Source: an uncultured bacterium
GTDB taxonomy: Bacteria > Armatimonadota > Hebobacteria > CAIYQO01
Reading direction: 5' to 3'
DNA length: 64,000 nucleotides
Assembly (NCBI GenBank): GCA_964472305.1
Contig: CAYYJR010000001.1
Location: forward strand, 25,346-89,345
Shown here: positions 38,672-47,881 of the stretch, piece after piece
Layout: every line of letters starts with the position of its first letter
Numbering within the stretch: position 1 is the stretch's first letter
The notes under the pieces: generated by a model
What the model was told of the DNA's origin: nothing
Seen by the model: the letters and a program-made list of their open reading frames with translations, nothing else
The model's database searches: none
Program-made: the position numbers and the translations under genes

Positions 38672-40816
38672 CTATTCCTTCCGTTCGTACATGACCAGTT
38701 CGCTGGTGAGCGCGCTGTCCAGCTCGATCGGCAAGCCCGCGAATGCCAGCTCGCGACCCGACATACGGAAACGCTGCCCGCCATTGTCCAGCGTCACCTC
38801 GTAGTCGACCCCGGCGTCCACGCCGCGCAGGCGCAGCCGGTATTCCCCGGCGCCGTTGAGGAGCTTGAACACCCCGGCGTAGCCGCGGCTGCGGTCGGGA
38901 CGGGCGTATTCCAGCACGCACCATTCGGTCGGCGTCAGGAGGCCGATGTCCGGCGTGTGGTGATGGACGACCGGATGCCCCGCCAGCACCGGGCGGCAGA
39001 AACCCTTGTGTAAGCCGACATAGCGCCGGACCTTGGCAAAATACTCCGTCGCGCGGTCGGCGCCTTGCGAGCCGAAGCCGACGAAGATCGGCACGGCGAA
39101 GAGCGCGACGCGCAGGTGCGTGTCGAGGTCGCCAACCTGGTGGGCGTGCTGGACATGGTTGTGATAGTAGCAGAGCGACTCGGGCGGAATGAAGAGGGTC
39201 AGCGCGTTGATGCAGCGGATGCTGTAGGGCAGCACGCTCCAGTCGGACTGGCAGGCGTAGTGGAAGCGGGCGAGCATGCCCAGGTCGTTCCGGCCGCCGC
39301 CCGCCGCGCAGTTCTCCAGGCAGACATCCGGGCACTCCTTCAGGATGCGGTCATAAGCTCGGTGGACGGCTTCGGAGTGCCGCCAGATTTCCGCCTCGGC
39401 GTAGCCGTCGCGCACGGTCTGGCCGCCTTCGCCGGTCATGACGTTGTAATCGAGCTTGTAGAAGTCGAGGTTGAAGCCCTTGATGATATTGACGATCGAA
39501 TCCTCGTAGTACGTCGCGGCAGCCGGATTGGCGAGGTCGAGCGTGTCGGCGCAGTCCCGCTTGTCGTCGGTCCGGAGCGTCCACTCCGGGTGCTCCTGGT
39601 ACGCCCGGGTTTTTTTGCTCAGCGCCTCCGCCTCATGCCAGAGCCCGAAGAGCATGTCCTTTCCATGGGTGTAGTCCCGCAGGCCCGTGATGCCGCCCGC
39701 CGGCAACCAGTCACCCTCGAACCAGTCGCCGCGGTGCTGCCACCAGTCGGAGAAGTCGTCCCCGTACCAGCCGGCATCGACCATGAAGGCCTCCACGCCC
39801 ATCTCGGCGGTGATGTCGATCTCGCGCTTGATCCAGTCGCCCTTCTCCTCCACCACGCGGCCGGCGATGGTATACATCTCCCGGCCCTGCGGGCGCGGCG
39901 GGATGACACTCGCGCGCATGTGCCGGTGCCACTGCGCGACAGCCGCATCGAAGGACCCATGCATGGGGCCGAGATGGACCTCGGGGCTGATGACGGTCTC
40001 GCCAGGAGCGATCAGGCGTAGCGGCGCCGGGGCCAGCGGTCCGATGCGAAAGGAAAGCACGGAGTCGTAGCGGTAGGCGAACTCCGCAAAGAAGTTGCCG
40101 CCCCAGGCCAGCCCGAGGAAGAACAGTTCCCCGGTCACTTCGTTCCGCAGGATGTAATAGGGCGAGCCGAACGCGCGCCCGTGTTCCGTCCGCTCGATGC
40201 GGAAATGCTCCTTCGGCAAGGGCTGCCAGGTGAATCCCCCTTCCAGACCCCAAACGTCGTCTGCCAGGTAACCGAGGGAGAACTTGGACCGGCCCTCGCG
40301 CTCCTCGAAGGCGGGGTTCCGGATCTTGTTGGAAAAAGGCTGGGGAGCGTCATCCGTGTTCCAGAGAACCCCGGACCAGGGCGAGACATGGCCGAGCGCG
40401 GCCGGCTGATCACCGGTGTTGGTGATCTCCAGATATCGCGCCAGCACCGGCGTGCCGTCGACCCGCGTGACCACCTTGACGGTGACCGGGCGCACCTGGT
40501 GCCGCAATTCCACCACGGCTTCTTCCGTCCCCGTGCGCTTCCCTTCGCGGCGGGAAGTTCCGACAAGGTTCCATCGGTTGTGCAGCGACTGCCCGTCGAT
40601 CTCGAGTTCAAAGGCGTGGACCGGGCGCTTCAGGGAATCCAGCCCCGGCAGGCCGGGGAGGACATTCTCGCGGTGGACATGCCCGCTGGCCGACCAGTAG
40701 AGTCCGATCCAGCGACCATGCTCCAGCGCTTCCTCGCACACGGCGGTGTCCGAAACGTAACGGGCGCCGGGGCGGGTGGAGGTGGGGAAACTGAGTTCGA
40801 CTTTCATTGCGTTCAT
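38672..40816 (-). CDS. Glycoside hydrolase family 36 (alpha-galactosidase-like)
   Basis: 714 aa; GH36 motifs (EAFMVDAGWYGDDF, FYKLDYNV, CAAGGGRND). Confidence 0.8.
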   Translation of the reverse strand: MNAMKVELSFPTSTRPGARYVSDTAVCEEALEHGRWIGLYWSASGHVHRENVLPGLPGLDSLKRPVHAFELEIDGQSLHNRWNLVGTSRREGKRTGTEEAVVELRHQVRPVTVKVVTRVDGTPVLARYLEITNTGDQPAALGHVSPWSGVLWNTDDAPQPFSNKIRNPAFEEREGRSKFSLGYLADDVWGLEGGFTWQPLPKEHFRIERTEHGRAFGSPYYILRNEVTGELFFLGLAWGGNFFAEFAYRYDSVLSFRIGPLAPAPLRLIAPGETVISPEVHLGPMHGSFDAAVAQWHRHMRASVIPPRPQGREMYTIAGRVVEEKGDWIKREIDITAEMGVEAFMVDAGWYGDDFSDWWQHRGDWFEGDWLPAGGITGLRDYTHGKDMLFGLWHEAEALSKKTRAYQEHPEWTLRTDDKRDCADTLDLANPAAATYYEDSIVNIIKGFNLDFYKLDYNVMTGEGGQTVRDGYAEAEIWRHSEAVHRAYDRILKECPDVCLENCAAGGGRNDLGMLARFHYACQSDWSVLPYSIRCINALTLFIPPESLCYYHNHVQHAHQVGDLDTHLRVALFAVPIFVGFGSQGADRATEYFAKVRRYVGLHKGFCRPVLAGHPVVHHHTPDIGLLTPTEWCVLEYARPDRSRGYAGVFKLLNGAGEYRLRLRGVDAGVDYEVTLDNGGQRFRMSGRELAFAGLPIELDSALTSELVMYERKE

Positions 40817-40935
40817 GCTCTCTCCTTGCGGTCAAATTTCTCCCCCGGATCGCCCATGATTGTATCGAACGTTCGCACCCGTTTAATCCGGTCGGCGCGG
40901 GAGAGGAAGTGTTCCAGAATGTCTTTGGCCTTCAT
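40814..40935 (-). pseudogene. 39-codon remnant ORF homologous to the N-terminus of the Nif3-like gene, bridging URO-D-like and GH36 genes by ATGA overlaps
   Basis: Own translation of minus strand 40935-40814: MKAKDILEHFLSRADRIKRVRTFDTIMGDPGEKFDRKERA-stop, versus Nif3-like N-terminus MKPRDILEHFISRSAWVTPGKTADRLIMGDPEEDFDR; its ATG overlaps the URO-D-like stop and its TGA overlaps the GH36 ATG. Confidence 0.5.
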
Positions 40936-41897
40936 GGGGCGATCCTTTTGCCTGCCGGTAATTCCCGCGCCACCTCGATCAGGGCCTCAATATTCCGCAA
41001 CGGAACATCACCCTGGATGCACTGTGCCGGTGCAAAGATGTACCCGCCTCCCACACCCATCAGGTCGCGCACCCTCCGGGACTCGGCGCGGACCTCGTCC
41101 GGGGTGCCATAGGGCAGCGTGCGCTGCGTGCTGAGCCCGCCCCAGAACGTCAGTTTTGCACCATACAGTCGCTTGAGTTCGGCAATGTCCATGCATTCCG
41201 GCTGGACCGGATTCAGCGCGTCCAACCCCATCTCGACCAGAGACGGCAGCAGCTTCGAGATACATCCGCAGGAATGGACCCAGACATCCTTGCCGTACGA
41301 ATGGATCAGGTCGTACTCGCGCTGTTCGCCCGGGCGGATCAAGTCCTCCCATACGTCCGGGGCCATCAGCAAGTCACATTGTGAACCCCAGTCGCTGCCG
41401 AGGAGGACACCGTCGATCTCCGCCATGCCCAGGATTATCTCGAGCATGACCATGTTCCGATCGACGATTTCGGTGCACAACCGCTTGGCAAACGGATAGT
41501 CGCGCGCGATGTCGCACAGGAAGTTCTCGATGCCGCGCGAGAAATACGCCTTCTCGAAGTGGCTCCCATACACCATGGCCAGGAGATACTTGTCGGTCTG
41601 CTCGCGCAGGGTCTTCACCTTGCGCTCGAACTCGTCGAAGTTGCCGTAACCCTTTATATTCGCGCGCGAGACCGGGGTCTCGAAATCCGTCCAGTCCGCG
41701 CCCAGCTCATGCCACCCCCACCAGGGCGGAAACACCTGCCGGACGTCGTTGCCGAACCACTCTTCCACATCGGCCACGCCCTTGACCCGCCGGATCTCGT
41801 CCTCCGTCTCGCCGCAGGTCATGATGCAGTATGGAGTTCGCTCCGTATCCTTATGCGCCAGAGCAGCCTTGACCAATTCGCGTGATGTCATAACCAT
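40932..41897 (-). CDS. Uroporphyrinogen decarboxylase (URO-D) family protein (MtaA/CmuA-like)
   Basis: 321 aa; URO-D/methyltransferase-like TIM-barrel pattern (CIMTCGETEDE..., HSCGCISKLLPSLVEMGLDALNPVQP, GGYIFAPAQCIQGDVP). Confidence 0.7.
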   Translation of the reverse strand: MVMTSRELVKAALAHKDTERTPYCIMTCGETEDEIRRVKGVADVEEWFGNDVRQVFPPWWGWHELGADWTDFETPVSRANIKGYGNFDEFERKVKTLREQTDKYLLAMVYGSHFEKAYFSRGIENFLCDIARDYPFAKRLCTEIVDRNMVMLEIILGMAEIDGVLLGSDWGSQCDLLMAPDVWEDLIRPGEQREYDLIHSYGKDVWVHSCGCISKLLPSLVEMGLDALNPVQPECMDIAELKRLYGAKLTFWGGLSTQRTLPYGTPDEVRAESRRVRDLMGVGGGYIFAPAQCIQGDVPLRNIEALIEVARELPAGKRIAP

Positions 41898-42005
41898 ATC
41901 CTCAAGTGTTGCCTAACCGTCAATATGCCAATATCGCCAATGGATGTCAGCTTCCCATTGGACATTCCTCGTTACCACCACTGCCCACCGCCCACCGCTC
42001 ACCGC

Positions 42006-43742
42006 TCAGCCAGCCATAAGCCCCCGCTCGCCGAGCGACTTGATGACCTCCTTGTGCCATTCGCGCAGGCGGCGGCTGATGTGGTACTCGTCGTGCGGCT
42101 GCCGCTTGTCCCAGCGATCCGCAAGTTCCGCCAGCACGGGCAGTAGGTCGTTCAGCCGCTTCGGATCCGGGAAGCCGGGATTGGTCTTGTCGGTGCACAT
42201 GTGGAAGTAGTGCACCTCGGCTTCTAGAACGACATGGGCTGCCCGCGCGAAGAAGGCGAAATCCTCGAACTTCTGCAGGATGAAGCGCTGCGCGTCGGCC
42301 TCGAGCTTCGCTACCGCCGGCCGGGCGCGGGCGAGCAGATCCTCCGCATCCGCCAGCGCCTGCCGCTTCTCCTCGACTAACGCCGCCGGCCCGACGGCCC
42401 GGTACGACGGGCCCATGGTCCCGGCGTGATACGGCACAAGGCGATAACTCGGCATGCCCATCTTGAGCGGGTATGGGAATACCGTTCCAGCCTTGGCGGT
42501 CAGCACCTCGCCATGGCCCAGCCATCCCCAGACCAGATTGATGTCGGGCAGGATGGACTGGGCGGTGAACCACCCCTGCCCGGCATAATACACACGCGCC
42601 GCGACTCCTTCGACATCCAGGAAGACCTCCGCCAATTCCGGCAGATCCACGCCGAACTCGTTCCGCAGGAACTCGCACAGCACGTCCCGCGGATTTATGT
42701 CCGGGTCCATCGCACGCCGGAAGAAAAACTCGGCGTTGAATCCTCCGAGCGTGTCGAAGCAGCAAAGCTCCAGGTCGGTCGGGAGCGGCTCCCCGTCCCG
42801 CACCCACGCGAGCTGGGGGTACAGTGCTCGCCGGCCCGGCAACACATTCGCGTGCGGACTCCACGAGTCGTGGATGGTGGCAATGCGGGCGTTGACGTAG
42901 GCGGCACCCAGAGCCCGCGCTTCCTCGAGATGCTGGGCGAGCTGCGACAGGTTGACGCTCGGATAGAAGTTGCGCCCCCAGTACTCGGAATGGACGTCGA
43001 AATGCACCAGCAGCGGATTCGTCGACGATGCCCGGTACAGGTGCAGGTTGAACGGTGTGCACAGGTGGAAGTCGCCGATGGTGTCATCCGCGCTGACGAG
43101 TATATCCGGACGCTTGCGGGCCGCGGCGAGCAGCGCCTCGACGGCGCGCCGGTGGCCGCCGCCGACGTGCAGGTCCACCGACAGCTCCAGGTTATGCCGG
43201 ACGCACTGCTCATGTACCGCGCCGACGATCCGGTCCAGGTACTCCTCCATCGGCACCGTCTGATGCTGGAACTCGCTGACCACGACTTCTGACCCTTCCT
43301 CGATCCACAACTCGAGGCCGGTCAGGTTCGGCGCCAATTCCAGGAGTTCGTCCACCTGGTCCTGCAGCAGTTCGTAAATCCGGGGGCTGCGCATATCCGG
43401 CTCACCGGCGGCATTGAACAGTCCCTCACCCGCCGCGCCCCACTGCGCCGCCGGCGGCATCATGATCGCATGGAAGCTAAACCAGAACCCGATTCCGGCT
43501 TCGCGGCACATCGCGGCGGCTTGCCGCAGGTTCTCGCGCATGACCTGGACGTGCTGCCTCTCCTCCGCCCCGAGCAATCCCGGGTATTTCGGGAACAGGA
43601 ACGGTCGCCCGGCGTAACAACCGCGACCGACCGTCCAATGGACCAGTTGCGACACGCCGTGCGCCCTGGCGAAATCCACCAGCCGTCGCCAGTGCGCCGG
43701 ACTCCCGAAATCACTGGATAGTCCAATTTTCATGGGTTTCAT
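42006..43742 (-). CDS. Uncharacterised protein, tandem paralog A (possible TIM-barrel sugar-active enzyme)
   Basis: About 578 aa from ATG 43742 or 43733 (MKPMKIGLSSDFGSPAHW...); no family recognised; N-terminus resembles the MKLGI start of xylose-isomerase-like TIM-barrel proteins; highly similar to the adjacent paralog. Confidence 0.6.
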   Translation of the reverse strand: MKPMKIGLSSDFGSPAHWRRLVDFARAHGVSQLVHWTVGRGCYAGRPFLFPKYPGLLGAEERQHVQVMRENLRQAAAMCREAGIGFWFSFHAIMMPPAAQWGAAGEGLFNAAGEPDMRSPRIYELLQDQVDELLELAPNLTGLELWIEEGSEVVVSEFQHQTVPMEEYLDRIVGAVHEQCVRHNLELSVDLHVGGGHRRAVEALLAAARKRPDILVSADDTIGDFHLCTPFNLHLYRASSTNPLLVHFDVHSEYWGRNFYPSVNLSQLAQHLEEARALGAAYVNARIATIHDSWSPHANVLPGRRALYPQLAWVRDGEPLPTDLELCCFDTLGGFNAEFFFRRAMDPDINPRDVLCEFLRNEFGVDLPELAEVFLDVEGVAARVYYAGQGWFTAQSILPDINLVWGWLGHGEVLTAKAGTVFPYPLKMGMPSYRLVPYHAGTMGPSYRAVGPAALVEEKRQALADAEDLLARARPAVAKLEADAQRFILQKFEDFAFFARAAHVVLEAEVHYFHMCTDKTNPGFPDPKRLNDLLPVLAELADRWDKRQPHDEYHISRRLREWHKEVIKSLGERGLMAG

Positions 43743-43874
43743 TTGCGTCTCTCGTGTTGTTGTCATCGGCGTTCCTTTGTGGTCAGCCTTAGCGAGGTCC
43801 CCTTCTGCCCCAGCGCAAACATCGTCCCCCTGCGCCCGCATTGGTCGTGTTAATAGTGGCGCCATTTTCGCTAT

Positions 43875-45596
43875 TTATGCCAGCAGCCCCCGCTCGCCGA
43901 GCGACTTGATGAGTTCCTTGTGCCATTCGCGCAGGCGGCGGCTGATGTGGTACTCGTCGTGCGGTTGGCGCTGGTCCCATTGGGCTGCGAAGTTCGCCAG
44001 CACGGGCACCAGTTCGTTCATGCGCCGCGCGTCGGGGAAGCCGGGATTCGTCTTGTTGGTACACATGTGGAAGTAGTGCACCTCGGCTTCTAGAACGACA
44101 TGGGCTGCCCGCGCGAAGAAGGCGAAATCCTCGAACTTCTGCAGGATGAAGCGCTGCGCGTCGGCCTCGAGCTTCGCTACCGCCGGCCGGGCGCGGGCGA
44201 GCAGATCCTCCGCATCCGCCAGCGCCTGCCGCTTCTCCTCGACTAACGCCGCCGGCCCGACGGCCCGGTACGACGGGCCCACCATCCCGGCATGGTACGG
44301 GATGCGCAGGCTCGGCATGCCCTGGGCAAACGGGTAGGCAAAGGCCGCCCCGGCCTTGGTGGTCATCACCTCGCCATGGGCGAACCACCCCAAAACCAAG
44401 CCCATATCGGGCAGAACGGACTGGGCAGTGAAGGTCCCCTGCCCCGCATAATACACGCGCGCCGCGACCCCTTCGACATCCAGGAAGACCTCCGCCAATT
44501 CCGGCAGATCCATGCCGAACTCGCCGCGCAAGAACTCGCACACGGTCTCCCGCGGCGAGGCGGTCGGATCCTTCGCCCGGCGGCAGAAGAACTCGGCGTT
44601 GAACCCGCCGAGCGTGTCGAAGCAGCACAGCTCCAGGTCGGTCGGGAGTGGCTCCCCATCTCGCACCCGCGCGAGCTGGGGGTACAGTGCTCGCCGGCCC
44701 GGCAACACATTCGCGTGCGGACTCCACGAGTCGTGGATGGTGGCAATGCGGGCGTTGACGTAGGCGGCACCCAGAGCACGCGCTTCCTCGAGATGCTGGG
44801 CGAGCTGCGACAGGTTAACGCTCGGATAGAAGTTGCGCCCCCAGTACTCGGAGTGCACGTCGAAGTGCACCAGCAGCGGGTTCGACGTCGCCGCCCGGCA
44901 CAGATGCACATTGAACGGCGAGTGCAGGTTGAAATCACCGAAGGTGTCGTCCGCGCTGACCAGGATCGCCGGCCGCTTGCGGGCTGCGACCAGCAACGAG
45001 TCGACCGCGAAGCGGTGCCCCCCCATGACGTGCAGGTCCACCGACATCTCCAGGTTGTGGCGGACGCACTGCTCATGTACCGCGCCGACGATCCGGTCCA
45101 GGTACTCCTCCATCGGCACCGTCTGATGCTGGAACTCGCTGACCACGACTTCTGACCCTTCCTCGATCCACAACTCGAGGCCGGTCAGGTTCGGCGCCAA
45201 TTCCAGGAGTTCGTCCACCTGGTCCTGCAGCAGTTCGTAAATCCGGGGGCTGCGCATATCCGGCTCACCGGCGGCATTGAACAGTCCCTCACCCGCCGCG
45301 CCCCACTGCGCCGCCGGCGGCATCATGATCGCATGGAAGCTAAACCAGAACCCGATTCCGGCTTCGCGGCACATCGCGGCGGCTTGCCGCAGGTTCTCGC
45401 GCATGACCTGGACGTGCTGCCTCTCCTCCGCCCCGAGCAATCCCGGGTATTTCGGGAACAGGAACGGTCGCCCGGCGTAACAACCGCGACCGACCGTCCA
45501 ATGGACCAGTTGCGACACACCGTGCGCGCTGGCGAAATCCACCAGCCGCCGCCAGTGCTCCGGCGTTCCAAAATCACTGGATAGTCCCAGTTTCAT
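43875..45596 (-). CDS. Uncharacterised protein, tandem paralog B
   Basis: 573 aa from ATG 45596 (SD AAAGGAGAG); MKLGLSSDFGTPEHW...; near-identical to paralog A over long blocks. Confidence 0.6.
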   Translation of the reverse strand: MKLGLSSDFGTPEHWRRLVDFASAHGVSQLVHWTVGRGCYAGRPFLFPKYPGLLGAEERQHVQVMRENLRQAAAMCREAGIGFWFSFHAIMMPPAAQWGAAGEGLFNAAGEPDMRSPRIYELLQDQVDELLELAPNLTGLELWIEEGSEVVVSEFQHQTVPMEEYLDRIVGAVHEQCVRHNLEMSVDLHVMGGHRFAVDSLLVAARKRPAILVSADDTFGDFNLHSPFNVHLCRAATSNPLLVHFDVHSEYWGRNFYPSVNLSQLAQHLEEARALGAAYVNARIATIHDSWSPHANVLPGRRALYPQLARVRDGEPLPTDLELCCFDTLGGFNAEFFCRRAKDPTASPRETVCEFLRGEFGMDLPELAEVFLDVEGVAARVYYAGQGTFTAQSVLPDMGLVLGWFAHGEVMTTKAGAAFAYPFAQGMPSLRIPYHAGMVGPSYRAVGPAALVEEKRQALADAEDLLARARPAVAKLEADAQRFILQKFEDFAFFARAAHVVLEAEVHYFHMCTNKTNPGFPDARRMNELVPVLANFAAQWDQRQPHDEYHISRRLREWHKELIKSLGERGLLA

Positions 45597-45801
45597 TTGC
45601 TCTCCTTTGTCGCTCGTTTTGTCGTAAGCGTTACCGTAGCGCTACCTTCTTTCCGTTAGTTCCGGCATCGGCTGCGCGTGCGGCACCACCATCTTCGGCA
45701 GGTACCGGTACTTTGCCTCGTGGTTTACCTGGTGCAAATCATTAAAATGCGATTCCGTTTTTTCTGTGTTCCCGATGGTCCCGTCGTTGGCGGGACGTAG
45801 G

Positions 45802-45837
45802 GTGCCAAACGTGGAAGTCCATTTCCACGTTTGGCAC
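45802..45837. promoter_or_regulatory. Perfect 15-bp inverted repeat with 6-bp spacer (candidate operator or RNA hairpin)
   Basis: GTGCCAAACGTGGAA-GTCCAT-TTCCACGTTTGGCAC at 45802-45837, about 200 bp upstream of paralog B start, in a 770-bp lower-GC intergenic region. Confidence 0.4.
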
Positions 45838-46364
45838 TGGATAGTCTTGCCGTCCTTCGAAATCCTGGTGCACAAGCTAGCCTGACCGTAAATCGCCGGC
45901 ATAACCTCGTCCGCGCCCACGTCGCCGGGCTTAAGCCAGGCCAGCGGTGTCCAGGTACAGCAGGTGGTCGTTTGCCGCGTCCGCAGGCAATCCGCACTGC
46001 AGTTACCGGGGGATGTCGTAGCTGATCTCCCACGGGCCCTCGACGGGGACGCGAAAAAATATACCGTTGAGTTCCAACTCGAGTTGTGGCATAGCCATCT
46101 CCTGCGATCTGCCGCCCAGGGGTGATAAGGGGATCAGACAGTACCAGTTCCCTGCGCAGCGGACATGACATCGCGCAAACTTACTACATCGGCATATCGC
46201 TGTCAATAACCGTCTGATCCAATGCCGTCCACTTACCAAAGAGCCTTGATTATGACAAAAATACGATATCGCTGTGATGCGAGTGCGACATTGCCGGCGT
46301 ATCGTCGTATATAGGACAGAAGCGACATGCGCCACAGCAATGCGAATGCAGAGGAGAGTGATCG

Positions 46365-47858
46365 ATGAAACACCTGCACGGTATGATGACAGGCATATTG
46401 TTTCTGGCGCTGCTGGCCATGGCGGCGGTGGCGCAGGAAGGCCGGCGTGGTGGGGAGGATGGCAAGCGCCGTCCCGCGCTGGAGCAACCGTTGCCGGCGG
46501 CGGTCGCCACCGAGGCGACGCTGTCCGTCGTGTTGGGGCGTCCGACGAATACCGAGATCACCCTGAGCATCCTCTCCGCCGGTACACGGGAAGCGTATCT
46601 TGAATATGGCACGACGCAGGGAGTCTATCCCCGGCAGACGGCGCAAGTGACCCTGCCGGCCCATACCCCGGTGGAGGTGCTGCTGAACGGCCTGCAAGCG
46701 GATACGCGGTATTATTACCGCGTTCGCACGCGGCAACCCGGCGAGGCCGCATTTGCCGCGGGTGCGGCGCATGCCTTCCACACCCCGCGCGCGCCCGGCA
46801 GCGCCTTCACCTTCGCCGTGCAGGGCGATTCGCATCCGGAACGTCCGCAGCAACACGATTCCGCGTTGTACGCGCAAACGCTGCAGGCCGTGGCGGCGGA
46901 CCCCCCGGACTTCTACCTTACCATCGGCGACGATTTCAGCGTGGATACGCTCCGCACCATCAATGCCGAGACCGTCCAGCAGCTCTACCTGCGCCAACGG
47001 TATTTTCTGGGATTGCTGGGTCAGTCCACTCCACTGTTCCTGGTTAACGGCAATCACGAGCAGGCGGCGGCGTGCAACCTGGACGGCACGCCGGACAACA
47101 TCGCTGTCTGGGCACAGACGGCGCGCAACGCGTTATTCCCGCAGCCAGCGCCCGATACTTTTTACACCGGCGACGCGCAGCCCGTGGCGCATATCGGTTT
47201 GCTGCGCGATTACTACGCCTGGACGTGGGGTGATGCCCTTTTCGTGGTGATCGATCCCTACTGGCATTCGTCGCAGCCGGTGGATAACATTTTTGGCAGC
47301 CGCGATAAAGGCGGCAAAGGCGGTCGCGACCGCGACCTGTGGGAAAGCACTCTGGGCGATGCGCAATACGCCTGGCTGAAGATGACGCTGGAGAAGAGCA
47401 CGGCAAAGTACAAATTCGTCTTCACCCACCACATGCTGGGCACCGGGCGCGGCAACGAATTGGTCGGACAATTCGAGTGGGGAGGCAGGGATCGCAACGG
47501 CCGGGACCTGTTCGCCGCCAAGCGTCCGGGGTGGGCGATGCCCCTGCATCAGCTTTTCGTGAAGACCGGCGTGTCGATTCTTTTCCAGGGTCATGACCAC
47601 GTCTTCGCGCGGCAGGTCATCGATGGCGTCACCTACCAGACGCTGCCCGAACCCGCCGATCCCAATTATGCGCTGTACTTCTCCGAAGCTTACCCGGCGG
47701 CGGACACGCGGCCCAACACCGGTTACGTGCGTGTGACCGTCTCCCCGGACAAAGCGACAGTGGCCTATATCCGGCAATACTTGCCAAACGATGAAACGGC
47801 TGACCATAAGAGCGGTGAGGTGGCATTCAGCTTCACCGTCGCTCCCCGCAAGCCGTAA
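46365..47858 (+). CDS. Secreted calcineurin-like metallophosphoesterase (purple acid phosphatase-like)
   Basis: Signal peptide (MKHLHGMMTGILFLALLAMAAVAQE); metallophosphoesterase motifs in order QGDSH, TIGDDF, VNGNHE, FTHH, QGHDHVF; SD GAGGAG. Confidence 0.8.
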   Translation: MKHLHGMMTGILFLALLAMAAVAQEGRRGGEDGKRRPALEQPLPAAVATEATLSVVLGRPTNTEITLSILSAGTREAYLEYGTTQGVYPRQTAQVTLPAHTPVEVLLNGLQADTRYYYRVRTRQPGEAAFAAGAAHAFHTPRAPGSAFTFAVQGDSHPERPQQHDSALYAQTLQAVAADPPDFYLTIGDDFSVDTLRTINAETVQQLYLRQRYFLGLLGQSTPLFLVNGNHEQAAACNLDGTPDNIAVWAQTARNALFPQPAPDTFYTGDAQPVAHIGLLRDYYAWTWGDALFVVIDPYWHSSQPVDNIFGSRDKGGKGGRDRDLWESTLGDAQYAWLKMTLEKSTAKYKFVFTHHMLGTGRGNELVGQFEWGGRDRNGRDLFAAKRPGWAMPLHQLFVKTGVSILFQGHDHVFARQVIDGVTYQTLPEPADPNYALYFSEAYPAADTRPNTGYVRVTVSPDKATVAYIRQYLPNDETADHKSGEVAFSFTVAPRKP

Positions 47859-47881
47859 CGACAAGTTGAAAGGAGACAACT

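Larger units (their letters stand above)
42006..45596. repeat. Tandem direct duplication, two units of about 1.86 kb
   Basis: The six-frame track shows identical incidental ORFs at 43414-43617 and 45277-45480 (offset 1863) and near-identical ones at 42697-42900 vs 44512-44763; the encoded paralogs alternate identical and diverged blocks. Confidence 0.7.
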
